Shown in pieces: positions 22,598 to 33,933 of a stretch of DNA of 64,000 nt. The DNA lies in assembly GCA_963737655.1 (NCBI GenBank), contig CAVTTN010000002.1, positions 5,824,001-5,888,000 on the forward strand, given 5' to 3'. The position numbers and the translations under genes are program-made. Under the pieces are notes generated by a model, which saw only the letters and a list, made by a program, of their open reading frames with translations, did no database searches and was not told where the DNA came from. This stretch comes from an uncultured Planctomycetota bacterium (GTDB taxonomy: Bacteria; Planctomycetota; Planctomycetia; Isosphaerales; Isosphaeraceae). Within the stretch, counting starts at the first letter, position 1. Each line of letters opens with the position of its first letter.

Positions 22598-23329
22598 ATG
22601 CGTAAAGCGCTGTTGGTCGTGGCGCTGGTCGCGGCCTCGTTCGCCGGGGGGGCGGCCGTCAACGGCCCGGGGCTGAAGTGGGCGAAGTCCGCCCTGGGCA
22701 GCCGGCTCCACGACTCCGAATCGATCCCCACGCTGGACGTCTCCGACGGTCCGCCGAAGCCCCGGCCGGACGAGGAGCCCGATCCCCCATCGGGTCGGGA
22801 CGCGATCCCCTCGACCCCCGCGCCTCCTCTGGGGAGCGACTTCAAGCCCAGGGACAGGCCGGCCGCCAGTGCCCCACCCCGTCCCAGGCCCGAACCCGAG
22901 GCCCCGCCGCGTCTTCAGGAAGAACCTCCGGCCGCCGATCATCCGGCTCCGGAACCCGTGAGGGCCCGGCCCGATCCCGCCCCCGAACCCCCACCCGTCG
23001 CCAATACCCCGAATCTCGCGGACCCCCCTCGCGACGATCCCGCCGTGTCCGCCACATCCGGCCCAAATCCCGCATCGTCCCCAGAACTCCCGGTGTCTCC
23101 ACCTTCGGCGTCCTGGGCCCTCCTCCGCAAGAAGATGGAGGGGCTGGGCGTGACCCGGTACTGGCTCGAAGGGGCGCCGGGGGGGCCGTCGGTCTTCCGG
23201 TGCTTCGTCCCCTTGGCCGGTTCGGATTCGGTCGGCCAGCAATTCCAGGCCGAGGGGGATGACGATCTCCAGGCCGCCGAGGCCGCCCTCCGGCGGATCG
23301 CCCTGTGGCGGGCCAGCGAACGGCCGTGA
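22598..23329 (+). CDS. Hypothetical secreted Pro-rich protein
   Basis: Signal peptide, Pro-rich linker and globular C-terminus (FRCFVPL...ALRRIALWRA). Confidence 0.7.
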   Translation: MRKALLVVALVAASFAGGAAVNGPGLKWAKSALGSRLHDSESIPTLDVSDGPPKPRPDEEPDPPSGRDAIPSTPAPPLGSDFKPRDRPAASAPPRPRPEPEAPPRLQEEPPAADHPAPEPVRARPDPAPEPPPVANTPNLADPPRDDPAVSATSGPNPASSPELPVSPPSASWALLRKKMEGLGVTRYWLEGAPGGPSVFRCFVPLAGSDSVGQQFQAEGDDDLQAAEAALRRIALWRASERP

Positions 23330-23439
23330 CCGGGCGAATGCCGGGCTTTCTTGTCGGAACCCGGCGATGGAGGGTAAGATGAACCGATCGTGAGGGGCTG
23401 TCCCCTCGACCCGTCCCGCAGCCGAAAGCAGGCCCGCCG

Positions 23440-23943
23440 ATGGCCGAGGACCCGCCGGAGAAAATGCTCCTGATCGTCACCGGGAGCACCCTCCGCGCCG
23501 AGGAGGTGGATCGGCCCCTGGCGTACTACCTGAAGCAGCAGGTCGAGGCGCGCCTGGCCGCGTCGTCGTCGTCCGAGCCGCCGCCGGTCCGGGTGATCGC
23601 CGACTTCCGCTGGCTCCACGAGGACGACCTCCAGAGGCTGCCGACGATCTCCCTGGGCGGCCCCGGCGTCAACGCCCTGGCCCAGAAGTGGCTGGAAGAC
23701 CTGCCGGTCTCCCTGGCCGTCGATGAGTTGTACTATATTCAAATGGATCCGGACCTGGACGAGCCCCGGGCCAGCATCTGGGGGATGGACAACCCGACCA
23801 CCCAGATCGCCACTTCGGCGTTCATCCAGAAGTTCCTGCCCCGATTCCTCGCGCGATCCTCGATCGCCCTGGACGAGCTGGAGGTCGGGCCGCCCGACCT
23901 CTCCGACGACGACGACGACCCGGACGTCGAGACCGATTCCTGA
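23440..23943 (+). CDS. Hypothetical protein
   Basis: Protein-like composition (TISLGGPGVNAL) and acidic tail. Confidence 0.75.
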   Translation: MAEDPPEKMLLIVTGSTLRAEEVDRPLAYYLKQQVEARLAASSSSEPPPVRVIADFRWLHEDDLQRLPTISLGGPGVNALAQKWLEDLPVSLAVDELYYIQMDPDLDEPRASIWGMDNPTTQIATSAFIQKFLPRFLARSSIALDELEVGPPDLSDDDDDPDVETDS

Positions 23944-24178
23944 CCGCCCGCCCTCCGCTCGCTTGGCTCCCGTGGTTTTTTCGCAACTCGCCGCGCCCTC
24001 TCGATTTCGATGATGACCGCAAAGGAAGGCCCCCCGCGCCGTCGCGGCGGGCCCGAGACCGCCGGACCGGCCCTCGGGAGTGATCCCGGCCCTCGCCCCG
24101 GTCCGGGGCGCCCGCCCTCAGGACGAGGCGATGCGCCAGGCCCCAGACCGGAACCCCAAGGATGGGGGGAATCCACGC

Positions 24179-25281
24179 ATGCACGGCTTTCCCTGTCGAT
24201 GCCTCGTCCAAGCCCTGGCGGCCTCGCTGCTGACGGCCGCCGTGTCCCTCGGATTCCCGGGCTCGTCCCGGCCCAGGCCCCGCCGTCGAAGCCCTGGACG
24301 ATCGCCCATCGGTCGATCGGCCAGGGCCGGGCCTCCGGGCGGTTCTGGCAGATCGATTACTGGCTCCGCAACGATGGCGAGGAGCCGGCGACGATCCGGC
24401 CCGAGTCCGTGGCCGCGACGCTCGACGGCCTGGTGTCGAACTCCCGGGTCGCCGCCCATGCCTCGCCCCGGCCCTCGAAGATCGCGGTCTCGGGGTCGTC
24501 CGGGCTCTGCGGGACGAGCGAGGTCATCGCGTCGTCCGACGACGCCCGGCGATGCCGGGAGAAGGCCGTCCTCCAGGCATGGCCGGCGGCCCGGGGAGAC
24601 GACCCGCCCGAGCCGGTGTCCAAGGCCACCGTCCGCCTCGTCGCCCTGACCGAGCAGCCGTCGTGGACCGTCCCGCCCGGAGGCGTCCTGCGGGTCCGCC
24701 TGAGGCTGGAGCACGACCACTTCCTGTATGGCCCGTATGAGCCGCTGCTCGGCCCGAGGACCCTGGCGATGAAACTCGGGGGCGCCTCGCTCCGCGACGT
24801 CCTGCCGCTGGACCGCGAGGGCAGGATCGACCCGCCCGACTCGCCCCCCTGGCCCGGACCCGGCGACCCCCCGGCCGATCGCCGCGACCACCGAGTGTTC
24901 GTCTCGGCGCCGGACAGCCTCCACCTGGAAGCCCACGTCCCGGGCGACCAGTCGTATCGATTCAAGGAATGCCCGGTCAAGTATGGCTCAAGGATGAGGC
25001 TCCGCTACTGGTACCTGGTCTCCCCCGGCACCGAAGGGGATTGCAAGGCCCGGATCGTCCAGTACCGAGACGCCCCGACCGCCTGGAAGATCCTCTCCGA
25101 CGGCGACATCGACCAGGTCCTGGCCGCCCGAGGGCGATGGACGAAGGTGGAACGGATCTTCCGGACCGAATCCGAGGCCACGACGCTGACCCTGGAGTTC
25201 CGCCTCCTCGGCGACGTCGGCGAGATGTGGATCGACGACGTGAGCCTCGAACCGCTCGACGAGGAATCCCACATCCCGTAG
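24179..25281 (+). CDS. Hypothetical secreted protein with C-terminal carbohydrate-binding-like beta-sandwich; frameshift near 24260
   Basis: Signal-like MHGFPCRCLVQALAASLLTAAVS is in a different frame from the body; C-terminus WTKVERIFRT...GEMWIDDVSLEP. Confidence 0.6.
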
Positions 25282-25405
25282 GGTGCATGAAATGCACCAA
25301 CGTCAGGCGGCCCAAGGCCGCCCTCCGCTCTCTCCTCGTCTCATCAAGAAGCCAAGGTGGTGGGCGGCCTTGCCGCCGCATGTTGGTGCATTTCATGCAC
25401 CCTAC
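25278..25405. repeat. GTAG-type REP doublet
   Basis: GTAGGGTGCATGAAATGCACCAAC ... GTTGGTGCATTTCATGCACCCTAC between convergent genes; a single related unit at about 32872. Confidence 0.85.
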
Positions 25406-25920
25406 TTGCGGGGCACCGGCGTCCCGCAGGCCCGGCAGGCCTCGGCGCCGAGGTGGACGGGCAGGCCGCATCGAGGGCAGACTCGGAGGCCGACCTCGTC
25501 CCGGACCGGCGGCGGAGGGGCGGCGATCGCGGCCCCTCCGCCGGACCTGGCCCGGTGGTCGGCCGCCCAGCGGTCGAGCATCGCGCGATCGACGGCGCTG
25601 AGTTCCTCGGTCGGGGCCTCGGGGTGGCCCGACGGCCGGTTCGGCGCCAGGTCGGTCTTCGGCACCGGGACGACCGTCTTGCAATCGGGACACTGGCCGT
25701 GGCTCGGCGGGTCGATCGCATCGACCTTCAGCCGCCTCCCGCACGGGCAGAAGAATCGGAGGAAGCCGTCGGGCGAGAACTGCGTCGCCTCCAGGGCCGA
25801 GCTCGACGGGCCCTTCACTCGGATGCGCACCTTGGCACCGCAACTGGGGCAGGTCACCCGTTCCGAGGGGTCGCTCGGGATCGGCAGGTCCTGGCCGCAT
25901 CGGCAGACGGCGCGGGGCAT
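25402..25920 (-). CDS. Multi zinc-ribbon protein
   Basis: CRC, CPSC, CPC, CPDC, CPRC and CRAC pairs. Confidence 0.75.
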   Translation of the reverse strand: MPRAVCRCGQDLPIPSDPSERVTCPSCGAKVRIRVKGPSSSALEATQFSPDGFLRFFCPCGRRLKVDAIDPPSHGQCPDCKTVVPVPKTDLAPNRPSGHPEAPTEELSAVDRAMLDRWAADHRARSGGGAAIAAPPPPVRDEVGLRVCPRCGLPVHLGAEACRACGTPVPRK

Positions 25921-26022
25921 CGCGAGGGGGTCCTTCGGCTCGGGGAGGAAGAGGCGGGGCGGACCATCATCAGGCGAGAGCTCAACGGCAGGCTTCCCCC
26001 TCGGCACTCAGCACTCCGAGGC

Positions 26023-26890
26023 TCAGGCGTGGAAGGCCATCGCGGAGGGCTTCTGGAGGCTTTCCAGGGGGATCACCGCGTTCATGCTGCCGGAGCGGAA
26101 GCCGTCGAGGTCCAGCGTCACATACTTGAAGCCCAGGGCGCGGAAAGCGGCGGTCAGCTCGTCGCGAACCCCGGGGGCGGCCAGGGCGGGAAGTTCCTCG
26201 GCCGGGACTTCGATCCGGGCGAGATCGCCCTTGTGGTAGCGGACCCTCAGCAGCCTCAGCCCCCGCCGCCTCAGCCACATCTCGGCCGAGTCGATCATCT
26301 TGACCCGCTCCGGGGTGACCTCCTCGCCGTAGGCGATCCGGCTGGACAGGCAGGGCGTCGCCGGCTTGTCCCAGGTCGGCAGGCCCCAGGACTTCGCCAG
26401 GGCCCGGACCCGGTCCTTGGTCAGCCCGCATTCCAGCAACGGGTGGCGGACCGCGTTCTCCCCCGCCGCGCATCCCGGGGCGATGGTCCCCGGCGTCGTC
26501 GGCGTTCGCCCCGGAGGCGATCACGTCCACCTCCAAAGCGCCGAGCAGGGAGGAGAGCCGGCCGTACAGCTCGCTCTTGCAGAAGTAGCAACGATCGGGG
26601 TTGTTCCGCAGATAATTCGGGTCGGCGAACTCCTCGGTGCGGATCACCCGATGGCGGATGCCGATCTGGCGGGCCAGGGCCTCGGCGTCTTCCAGCTCGC
26701 CCGAGGCGAGGCTGTCCGAGACCGCCGTGACGGCCACGGCCGACTCCCCGAGGGCCAGGTGGGCCGCCTGGGCGACCACCGCACTATCGACCCCGCCGGA
26801 GAAGGCCACCGCCACCCGGCCGTAACCCCGGAGGGTCGCCAGGAGCCGCTGGCGGTCCTGGTCGAGTTCGGGGTCAGTCTTATCGGCCAC
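26023..26890 (-). CDS. larE: ATP-dependent sacrificial sulfur transferase LarE; frameshift near 26465
   Basis: VAFSGGVDS, NNPDRCYFCK and DDAGDHRPG; second frame WDKPATPCLSSRIAYG and GFRSGSMN. Confidence 0.9.
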
Positions 26891-27078
26891 GGCGCACCTC
26901 CCTCGGTCCGGCGAACTTGCGGCCAGAATCCTCGATGCCCATTGTAGAGGGGCGGAGGCCGGGGCATCAAGCCATTGGCCCGCATTCCGCGGTCGGCGAG
27001 GTCCCTGAATCCGCGGGATCTCCCAGGCCCGGGGCAGACTCGTTGTCCGGCCGATCGCGGACCGCCGAAAGCCGACCG

Positions 27079-27429
27079 CTAGAGCCCGTCGGTCCCGGGG
27101 TCTTCGTTCATCATGGCTTCGAGCCTCGCCACGTACCGCCCGAGGATCGCCTCCTGGGCCTCGGGCGGAAGGTCGCAAAGGTAGAGCACCGCCGCGTTAA
27201 TGGCCGCTTCATTCGTGAGCTTCCGGCCGCGGAAGCCGACGCGCCTCGCCGCGCCCATCCGCGCCACCAGGAGCTTCAGCCCATCGCAAATCTCGGGCAA
27301 CGACCGGCTAGTCAGGCGATATTCCTGCGAGAAGTCGCGGCGGGATGCGGACTTCTCCGACCGGGCGGACTGGTCGTGCGCCCTCTCGTCCCGGGCCGTT
27401 TCCAGAGCTACCGTCACTGTCCTCGTCAT
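27079..27429 (-). CDS. Hypothetical protein
   Basis: 116-aa ORF with RBS-like GAGG and protein-like composition. Confidence 0.55.
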   Translation of the reverse strand: MTRTVTVALETARDERAHDQSARSEKSASRRDFSQEYRLTSRSLPEICDGLKLLVARMGAARRVGFRGRKLTNEAAINAAVLYLCDLPPEAQEAILGRYVARLEAMMNEDPGTDGL

Positions 27430-27649
27430 TGCCTCGCCCCCTCGCCTCGACAGAGTCCATGAACGCCATCGCGCGACGCCTGAGACAATGACCAGACCTC
27501 AAACGCGGCGCCTCTCCACCATGTCATGATGGATGGTATAGACGCGCCAGGGTCGGGATCAACCCAAAGCAGCGAATATCCGACGAAATTGCCTAATTTG
27601 GATCAAGCAGGCCAAAAACGAATCGGGCCGGGCCTCGGGCTTCGATCCC

Positions 27650-27847
27650 TCAGCGAGAGTCGTGGAATTGAGGGCCGAGGTGGTTGCCATCGACGATGTC
27701 CACGAACATCGCCACCCACTCGGGATGGTCCGGCCAGGGTTTCTCCAGGACCTCCACCGGCCGGGCCGGGGCCTTCCTCGGAGGGTCGGACGCCAGCGCC
27801 GGGGCCGCGAGGCCGAGCAGGGCAATAGCCAGGATCGATCGCTTCAT
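27650..27847 (-). pseudogene. Truncated N-terminus of a secreted protein
   Basis: Signal peptide MKRSILAIALLGLAAPALA plus WPDHPEWVAMFVDI, ending abruptly where composition changes. Confidence 0.45.
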
Positions 27848-27891
27848 GGCGAGTCTCTCCAAAGCGTGTCTCGGTCGAGCCCCGAAGATTC

Positions 27892-27978
27892 GGGTGGCAT
27901 GCCTACGGCTTCGTAGGCATGTCTTTGACCGATGGCCAGGGGTTCGGACATGCCTACGCAGACGTAGGCATGCCACCC
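27892..27978. repeat. REP-like palindromic doublet (GGGTGGCATGC family)
   Basis: GGGTGGCATGCCTACGGCTTCGTAGGCATGTC...GACATGCCTACGCAGACGTAGGCATGCCACCC. Confidence 0.85.
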
Positions 27979-28021
27979 AAAATCCGCGCGTCAAAGCGGC
28001 CGAGCGGGGCTCTGCGACGGC

Positions 28022-29380
28022 CTATCGCTCCAGGCGCAGCCCGGCCGATTCGGTCAGGCGGTCGAAGAACGCGGCCTCGGTGACCTGGAAGACGATCTCG
28101 GCCGTCTGCTTGTCGGTGAAGTGCTTGCGGAGGGCGGCGATGTCGTCGTCCTCGATCCTCGCCGGGTCGGTGGTGAGCTTCTTAGCCAGGGAGACCACGG
28201 CCTTCTGCGCCGGGTCGAGGCCGTCGCCGGGGCCGTCGAGGGCGAAGATCGCGTCGTCGGACTGCCCGAGGTCGAGCAGGCGTTGCCGGGCGTGCCCGAG
28301 GGCATACCAGGCGCGATCGTTCCTCGCGGCGACCCAGGAGATCCTCGCCTTGGTCAGGGCGTCGAGCGTGCCCTTGTCCTCGCTCGCGCGGTGCATGGCG
28401 ACCCTCGCCGGACCGGCCTTGGGGAACGTGGCCAGCAAGCGGACCCACTGCGGCAAGGGGCCGCTCGGCCACTCGCCCGAGAGCAAGGGACGGGCGGCCT
28501 CATCGGCCACGAGCGGGAGGCGGGGCGCCCGGGCGCGGGCGGCGTTCAGGGCCTTTTCGACCTCCTCTCGCGATTCCAGAGCGGGGCGTTGCGACGGCCG
28601 GGCGCACGTCGGGGCCGTCTTCGAGCGAGTCGGGTCGAGCGGGGCGTTCGTGCTCTCGGCATCGCGGAACTTCGCCGACGTGGGCGAGAGGTAGACCCGG
28701 TGCTCCTCCTGGGGGATGCGCAGGGCCCCGGTCCAGCGGTTCATCGCGTTGAAGTTGCCCGTCACGAGCAGGATCTCGAGGATCTGCGGGCCCGTGAAAT
28801 GCTCCCGGAGGCGGGCGATGTCCTCGTCGCGGACGTTCTCGGGCTCGAAGGTGACCTTGCGGGTGAAGGCGAAGGCGGCGCGTTCGGCCGGGGTGAACTC
28901 GGACCAGTCGCCGTCGAGGGCGGCGATCCGGTCCTCCTCCATCCCGGTGGCGGCGAGCTTCGCCTCCTGGTGGCCCATGCAATAGGTGCAGTTATTGGCG
29001 CGCGAGACGATCCAGAACAGCGTCGTCTGGAACGGGTAGCCGAGCGTCATCGCCGGGTCGGGCTCGCGGACGAACCCGCCGCCGGTGACCTCCTTGGGCA
29101 GGTAGAACTGCCTCATCCGGCCGTTGTTGACGATCCCCGGCCCCAGCCCGCCCCCCTTCGCCGAGGCGTCCGCCGGCCGTTTCGCCTGAGCCTCCTGCTC
29201 GGGCGAGAGCGGGGGCAGAGGGAGCCGGGGGACGTTCCTCTTCGAGTCTTCGAGGGCCTTCTTGAGGTCGGGCCGAGTGGCCGGGACCGTCGGCGCCCCC
29301 CGGCTCGCCGGGTCGTCGGCCCGAGCCGCCCCCGCCATCGCGAGGGCCACCGCCACCGCCTGAAATCTTCTTGCGAACAT
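28022..29380 (-). CDS. Secreted AhpD/carboxymuconolactone-decarboxylase-like protein with two domains
   Basis: VSRANNCTYCMGH motif; the second domain has NDRAWYALGH, without cysteines. Confidence 0.8.
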   Translation of the reverse strand: MFARRFQAVAVALAMAGAARADDPASRGAPTVPATRPDLKKALEDSKRNVPRLPLPPLSPEQEAQAKRPADASAKGGGLGPGIVNNGRMRQFYLPKEVTGGGFVREPDPAMTLGYPFQTTLFWIVSRANNCTYCMGHQEAKLAATGMEEDRIAALDGDWSEFTPAERAAFAFTRKVTFEPENVRDEDIARLREHFTGPQILEILLVTGNFNAMNRWTGALRIPQEEHRVYLSPTSAKFRDAESTNAPLDPTRSKTAPTCARPSQRPALESREEVEKALNAARARAPRLPLVADEAARPLLSGEWPSGPLPQWVRLLATFPKAGPARVAMHRASEDKGTLDALTKARISWVAARNDRAWYALGHARQRLLDLGQSDDAIFALDGPGDGLDPAQKAVVSLAKKLTTDPARIEDDDIAALRKHFTDKQTAEIVFQVTEAAFFDRLTESAGLRLER

Positions 29381-29426
29381 GCGTCGATGCTCCTCGAATT
29401 GGGGCCGATTGCCATCCCAGATGCGA

Positions 29427-29810
29427 TCAATCCTGACGGGAGACGACGACGACCGGGTCGGTCGAGACGCGGTACTCGACCCGCCTGACGACCGGCTTCT
29501 TCCCGGCGAGGGCGAGGGTCAAGGCGACGGGGAAGCTCCTCTCGCCGACGACCTCTCGCCCCTCGCCGTCGATCCGGTAATCCACCAGCTTCGTCCCGGC
29601 CTTCCAGTCCTCGTCGGCCACGCGGACCGGCGGGTTCTTCGACGACGGGGCGTCGAACGGCTCCCCCTTCTTCCACGACTCCAGGGCGTCGGCCAGCGCC
29701 ACCTTCGCCATCGCCGGGTCGGCCGGCTTCGACGGCGCCCCGTCCCCGCAACCGGCCGAGGCGAGCAGCACCGCGAGGCCCGACAGACTCAAGAACCGAT
29801 TCATTTTCAT
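29427..29810 (-). CDS. Putative lipoprotein downstream of the DUF1559 gene
   Basis: Lipobox-like LASAGC; DUF1559 followed by a small lipoprotein is a typical planctomycete arrangement. Confidence 0.75.
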   Translation of the reverse strand: MKMNRFLSLSGLAVLLASAGCGDGAPSKPADPAMAKVALADALESWKKGEPFDAPSSKNPPVRVADEDWKAGTKLVDYRIDGEGREVVGERSFPVALTLALAGKKPVVRRVEYRVSTDPVVVVSRQD

Positions 29811-29859
29811 CGCAAAATCCCCCGATTCTCGGCGATCCCGGTTCGATGGGTCGGGGATG

Positions 29860-29949
29860 ATCCGCGGGGGACGCAGAAGGACGCAGATCAAAGCCACAAG
29901 TTTATGGAAATCTTTTCCCGATCTGCGTCCTTCTGCGTCCTCCGCGGAT
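29860..29949. repeat. Intergenic inverted repeat
   Basis: ATCCGCGG(G)GGACGCAGAAGGACGCAGATC ... GATCTGCGTCCTTCTGCGTCCTCCGCGGAT. Confidence 0.75.
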
Positions 29950-29965
29950 CGATCCTCCTCCCCGA

Positions 29966-30964
29966 TCAATTCGCGGCGTCGCCCGGGACGATCTCGCCGG
30001 AGGACCGGGTCCCGATGGCCCTCCAGGTGGCGATGTTGATCCCGTCCTTGAAGAACTTGACCGAGCCGTCGGCCATCCCCACGTTCACGCCTCCGGGGTG
30101 GTTGCTGTTGGCCGTGGTCATGATCCGGGACGGCGGGAACATGCACGACCGCCCGTTGGGCGGGCCGGAATGCCAGTAGCACGTGGTCGAGTGATAGCCA
30201 TAAATCCACGGCGCCCCGACGTCGGAGACGCCCTGGAGGCTCAGGTCGAAGACGTTGGTCGCCTTGCAGAGGGCGACGGCCTGGTCGGGCGTGGCGGGAT
30301 AGGTGCCGGGGCGGAAGGTGTCGGACCGTTCCGACGACAGGTTCTGATTGAAGTCCCCCTTGAGGTGCTCGCTGAAGGCGGCCGTGTTGCTCGTGCCATC
30401 GACGATGTCCGCCAGCCGGACGTTCATGTTCGCGAAGAACAGGCCGTTGGGCTCGGGCATCCCCGCGTTCACGCCGGCCGTGTCGCTGACGCCGTACCAC
30501 ATCACGACACTCGTGCCCTCGTTCGCTCGGTAGTTCGTCCCGGCCCAGCCGTTGGGGATCACGGTCTTGTTGTCCGACGGGCAGAGCAGGACCGACAGCG
30601 ACGAGCCGTACGCCGTGCCGTTGGCCGGCGCCAGGTACGGGAGGCTGAAGTTCAGCGAGGCCGCGATGTTCCCCTGCTCGATGTAGGGCAGGATCCGGGC
30701 GAACGGCGAGAACGAGAAGTCGTAAACGCCATAGCCCGGCGGCGGGTTCGGCACCACCACGCGACCCGGAGGCAGCGTGCCCTGGGTGTCGTGATAGTTG
30801 TGCATGGCCAGCCCGAGCTGCTTCAAGTTGTTCACGCACTGGGCCCGCCGGGCGGCCTCTCGGGCCGCCTGGACCGCCGGCAGGAGCAGCGCGATCAGCA
30901 CGCCGATGATCGCGATCACCACCAGGAGCTCGATCAGAGTGAAGCCGGATCGACGACGAGACAT
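29966..30964 (-). CDS. DUF1559 prepilin-type N-terminal cleavage/methylation protein
   Basis: [34 protein letters not shown] and [14 protein letters not shown] (H-X9-DG). Confidence 0.95.
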   Translation of the reverse strand: MSRRRSGFTLIELLVVIAIIGVLIALLLPAVQAAREAARRAQCVNNLKQLGLAMHNYHDTQGTLPPGRVVVPNPPPGYGVYDFSFSPFARILPYIEQGNIAASLNFSLPYLAPANGTAYGSSLSVLLCPSDNKTVIPNGWAGTNYRANEGTSVVMWYGVSDTAGVNAGMPEPNGLFFANMNVRLADIVDGTSNTAAFSEHLKGDFNQNLSSERSDTFRPGTYPATPDQAVALCKATNVFDLSLQGVSDVGAPWIYGYHSTTCYWHSGPPNGRSCMFPPSRIMTTANSNHPGGVNVGMADGSVKFFKDGINIATWRAIGTRSSGEIVPGDAAN

Positions 30965-31461
30965 GTCAGAACCTCCGAAAAAAGTTCAATAATAAATGCG
31001 TGGGAATGCGCGGACGGCGAACGCATCGCGTCCGGGCGCGAGAACGAGGCGATCACGGAATCCCGGGAGGCATGCCCACGGCATCGGTGAGCATGGGCCG
31101 ACCGGCCCGCCGACGAAGGCAGGTCCGCGCACAGCCAGGGCCGGCACGCCGCCCGGGGAATCCGCCGTGGAACGCTTGCGAGCCTGGGCTAGGCCATCAG
31201 GACCGAGACGCCCAGGGTGAGCAGGGTCGCCGCGATCAGGGCCAGGCCGCAGAGCCGGGAGAAGCGCTCGTCGACGGGCTTCGAGAATCGGTAGGTCATC
31301 GTTCCACCCTCCGCCCGGGCGCCACGGTCCCCGGGACGGGGCATGGGTCGGCGCCGGGGCCTCTGGTAATGAGGCCGGTTCGCTCGTTCGTCAGGGTCAC
31401 GCGGGAAGACAGCACGACCGGGCCGATCGCGAGGGATGAATGGAGCGATCGACTCGGCGGA

Positions 31462-31878
31462 TCATCCGAGGGACGACGAGCGGGGCGGGTGGAAGATCGA
31501 GGCGGCTCGGCGGTCGGGCCGGGCCTCGCGTTCGGGAGGGGGCAGAGGGGCGGGATTCGGCGAGACGGCGGCTTCGGGCGTCGCCAGGCAGGCCCACGGC
31601 TCGACGCCGAAGGCGGCCGTCACGGGCATCACCGGGGGGGCCGCCGGAGGCTTCGAGCACATCGGCCCGGAGCACGGCTTCGGCCTCTCCGACGGCATCG
31701 GCTCGGCCTCGGGCATCGCGCCGGCCGAGACGAGCTGCTCGAAATGGGCGAGCCCCGGTCCGGGGTGATCGCAACCCGCGAGGGCCGATCCGCCCGAGAG
31801 CGCCAGCGAGCCGGCCAGGAGCGTCAACAACGCCCCTACCGCGATCCTCGCCAGACGTCCCGGAGACCAGCCCCGCAT
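31462..31878 (-). CDS. Small secreted hypothetical protein
   Basis: Signal peptide, CSGPMCS and C-terminal IFHPPR. Confidence 0.55.
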   Translation of the reverse strand: MRGWSPGRLARIAVGALLTLLAGSLALSGGSALAGCDHPGPGLAHFEQLVSAGAMPEAEPMPSERPKPCSGPMCSKPPAAPPVMPVTAAFGVEPWACLATPEAAVSPNPAPLPPPEREARPDRRAASIFHPPRSSSLG

Positions 31879-32035
31879 GCCGGGCCTCGTTCGATTCGAA
31901 AATGTCGGAAGGATCTCGCCCGAAATGGAGGGCGAACCGGAGGGGATTCCGCCACAATCTAATCGGCCCGGATCGGCCGATCAAGGAAATCTTTCTCCGA
32001 TCGCGCGGATTCTTCGCCACGGGAGGCCGCCGACC

Positions 32036-32875
32036 ATGCCCTCGCCCGTGTTGCTCGCGATCAACTGCCAGCAGGACCGCAGCTACGCCAACCGCCAGAC
32101 CCTCAGGGCGCTCTACGGCGACCGCTTCCCGGACCTCGTGTTCCTGGTCGGGTCAACCTGCCCGATCGACCCGGACTTCCCCACGATCGCCACCGACTGG
32201 ACGCCTCGGCGGACCGACAACCTCTGCGCCTGCTGCGACCCGAGGTCCGACCGCCACCCCTCGGGCCGTCACGCCACCCATCCGCGACTGGTCCAACTCG
32301 CCCGATATGCCGAGGAACACGGATATCAATCCGTCCTCTTCGTCGAGGACGACTGCCTCCTCGCCCCCTCCTGGACGCCCGAAACGGTCCTCGATCGCGG
32401 CGAGGCGTTCGACGCCCTGGTCCCCTACCTCGGCTTCTGCGACCGCGACGACCCCTCCTGGTGCTGGACCAACCACCCCACCGGCTACCCCGCCTTCGAC
32501 CGCGTGGCCGACCGCTTCGACCGCCCGAAAATGCTGAGGAATGCGTCGATCCACAACGGGGAGCCGGCCCCTCCGGTCCTCTACACGCCCCTATTCGGCG
32601 GATTCGTGGATATCTTGATCTTCCGGGTCGAGACGCTCCGCAAGATCGCCCCGGACCTCACGCTTTTGCAAGACGTCTGGCACGAGATCGCGATCCCGAC
32701 GGCCCTGATCCACCGAACGCCCCGGATCGGCCACCTCCCGGGCCTCCCCCTCTGGGGAGGCGACCGCAACCGCCCGTTCGCCGAACTCTTCGGCCTCCTG
32801 AAGCGTCACGAATACGTTCATCCGATCAAATTATCGTATCTGTTGCAGGGCGAAGCGATATCCCTTTATCCGTAG
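32036..32875 (+). CDS. Hypothetical protein, possibly glycosyltransferase-like
   Basis: VLFVEDD (DxD-like), EIAIPT and YVHPIKLS. Confidence 0.6.
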   Translation: MPSPVLLAINCQQDRSYANRQTLRALYGDRFPDLVFLVGSTCPIDPDFPTIATDWTPRRTDNLCACCDPRSDRHPSGRHATHPRLVQLARYAEEHGYQSVLFVEDDCLLAPSWTPETVLDRGEAFDALVPYLGFCDRDDPSWCWTNHPTGYPAFDRVADRFDRPKMLRNASIHNGEPAPPVLYTPLFGGFVDILIFRVETLRKIAPDLTLLQDVWHEIAIPTALIHRTPRIGHLPGLPLWGGDRNRPFAELFGLLKRHEYVHPIKLSYLLQGEAISLYP

Positions 32876-32924
32876 GGTGCACGCGATGCACCTACCACAG
32901 CGGGCAACGCCCACCGACCGCGGT

Positions 32925-33695
32925 TCAAGGCCGGGGCCCCGACCAGTCCCAGCCGCCGAGCTCGCCGATCAGGTCGTGACGGGTCAGGTCGAAGTGCAAG
33001 GGGGTCACGGTGATGTATCCCTCGGAGAGGCTCGACACGTCGGTGTCGGGGCCGTCGAGGAAGTACGGCGGGGCATAGGTCAGCCAGTAATAGGTGCGCC
33101 CGCGAGGGTCCTTGCGGCGCTCGAACCCCTCGCCGTGGCGGCCGACGGCCATCGGCACCACGCGGACCCCCTTGGGCTCCCCTCGCGAGTGCGACGGCAG
33201 GTTCACGTTGAACAGGGAGCCGGCCGGCGGCTTGTTGGCGAGGATGCGCTCGATCACCCGGGCGGCCTGCTTCGCGGCGTGGGGATAGTCGAAGTGCTCG
33301 GCCAATTCCAGAGACACCGCGATGCTGGTGATCTTGAAGAACGACCCCTCGATGGCCGCCGCCACCGTGCCCGAATACAGGACGTTGATCCCGGCGTTCG
33401 CCCCCGAGTTGATCCCCGAGACGATCAGGTCGGGGGGGCGGGCCATGAGCTCCAGGACCGCGAGCTTCACGCAATCGGCCGGGCTCCCCTCGATCGAATA
33501 GCCGAGGGTCGAGCCGTCCTCCTCGTCCACGGTCTTGACGACCAGGGGGTCGAGGATGGTGATCGAGTGGCCCACGCCGCTCTGCTCCATCGCCGGGGCG
33601 ACGACCGAGACGTCGCCGAACCGGGCCAGCTCCTTGCGGAGGGCCCGCAAGCCGGGGGCGAACACGCCGTCGTCATTGGTCAGGAGGATATGCAC
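32925..33695 (-). CDS. surE: 5'/3'-nucleotidase SurE
   Basis: ILLTNDDG, EQSGVGHSIT, GSPADCV, VSGINSGAN and YSGTVAAAIEG. Confidence 0.95.
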   Translation of the reverse strand: MHILLTNDDGVFAPGLRALRKELARFGDVSVVAPAMEQSGVGHSITILDPLVVKTVDEEDGSTLGYSIEGSPADCVKLAVLELMARPPDLIVSGINSGANAGINVLYSGTVAAAIEGSFFKITSIAVSLELAEHFDYPHAAKQAARVIERILANKPPAGSLFNVNLPSHSRGEPKGVRVVPMAVGRHGEGFERRKDPRGRTYYWLTYAPPYFLDGPDTDVSSLSEGYITVTPLHFDLTRHDLIGELGGWDWSGPRP

Positions 33696-33933
33696 GGGGC
33701 GGCTCGCCGAAAGGGCCAAGGAAGAGGGGACCGCGACCTCTCGGGCGATGGTAAGGCCCGGCGCAGGCCCCGTCAACCGAGGGCCCCCAGGGCCGGAGGG
33801 GGGACCTCTGATCCAAAGGCCGATCGGCCGGGGGTGCCGCCTCAGGATTCCCAGGAGGAGGCCCTCCCCTCCCGAGTCGCTCGCTCCCCGGTCCATCGCC
33901 CCTGCCGAGACAGGGCCGGACGGCCCCGCTAGA

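Noticed and set aside
1000..26480. Many frameshifted genes (WD40, BNR-PDZ, S51 peptidase, protease, 18235 gene, cysteine desulfurase, 24179 gene, larE) as programmed frameshifting or mass pseudogenisation
   Set aside because: The shifts appear to be single-base and lie in or near G/C runs in otherwise intact genes, which fits long-read indel errors best; read-level checking is needed.
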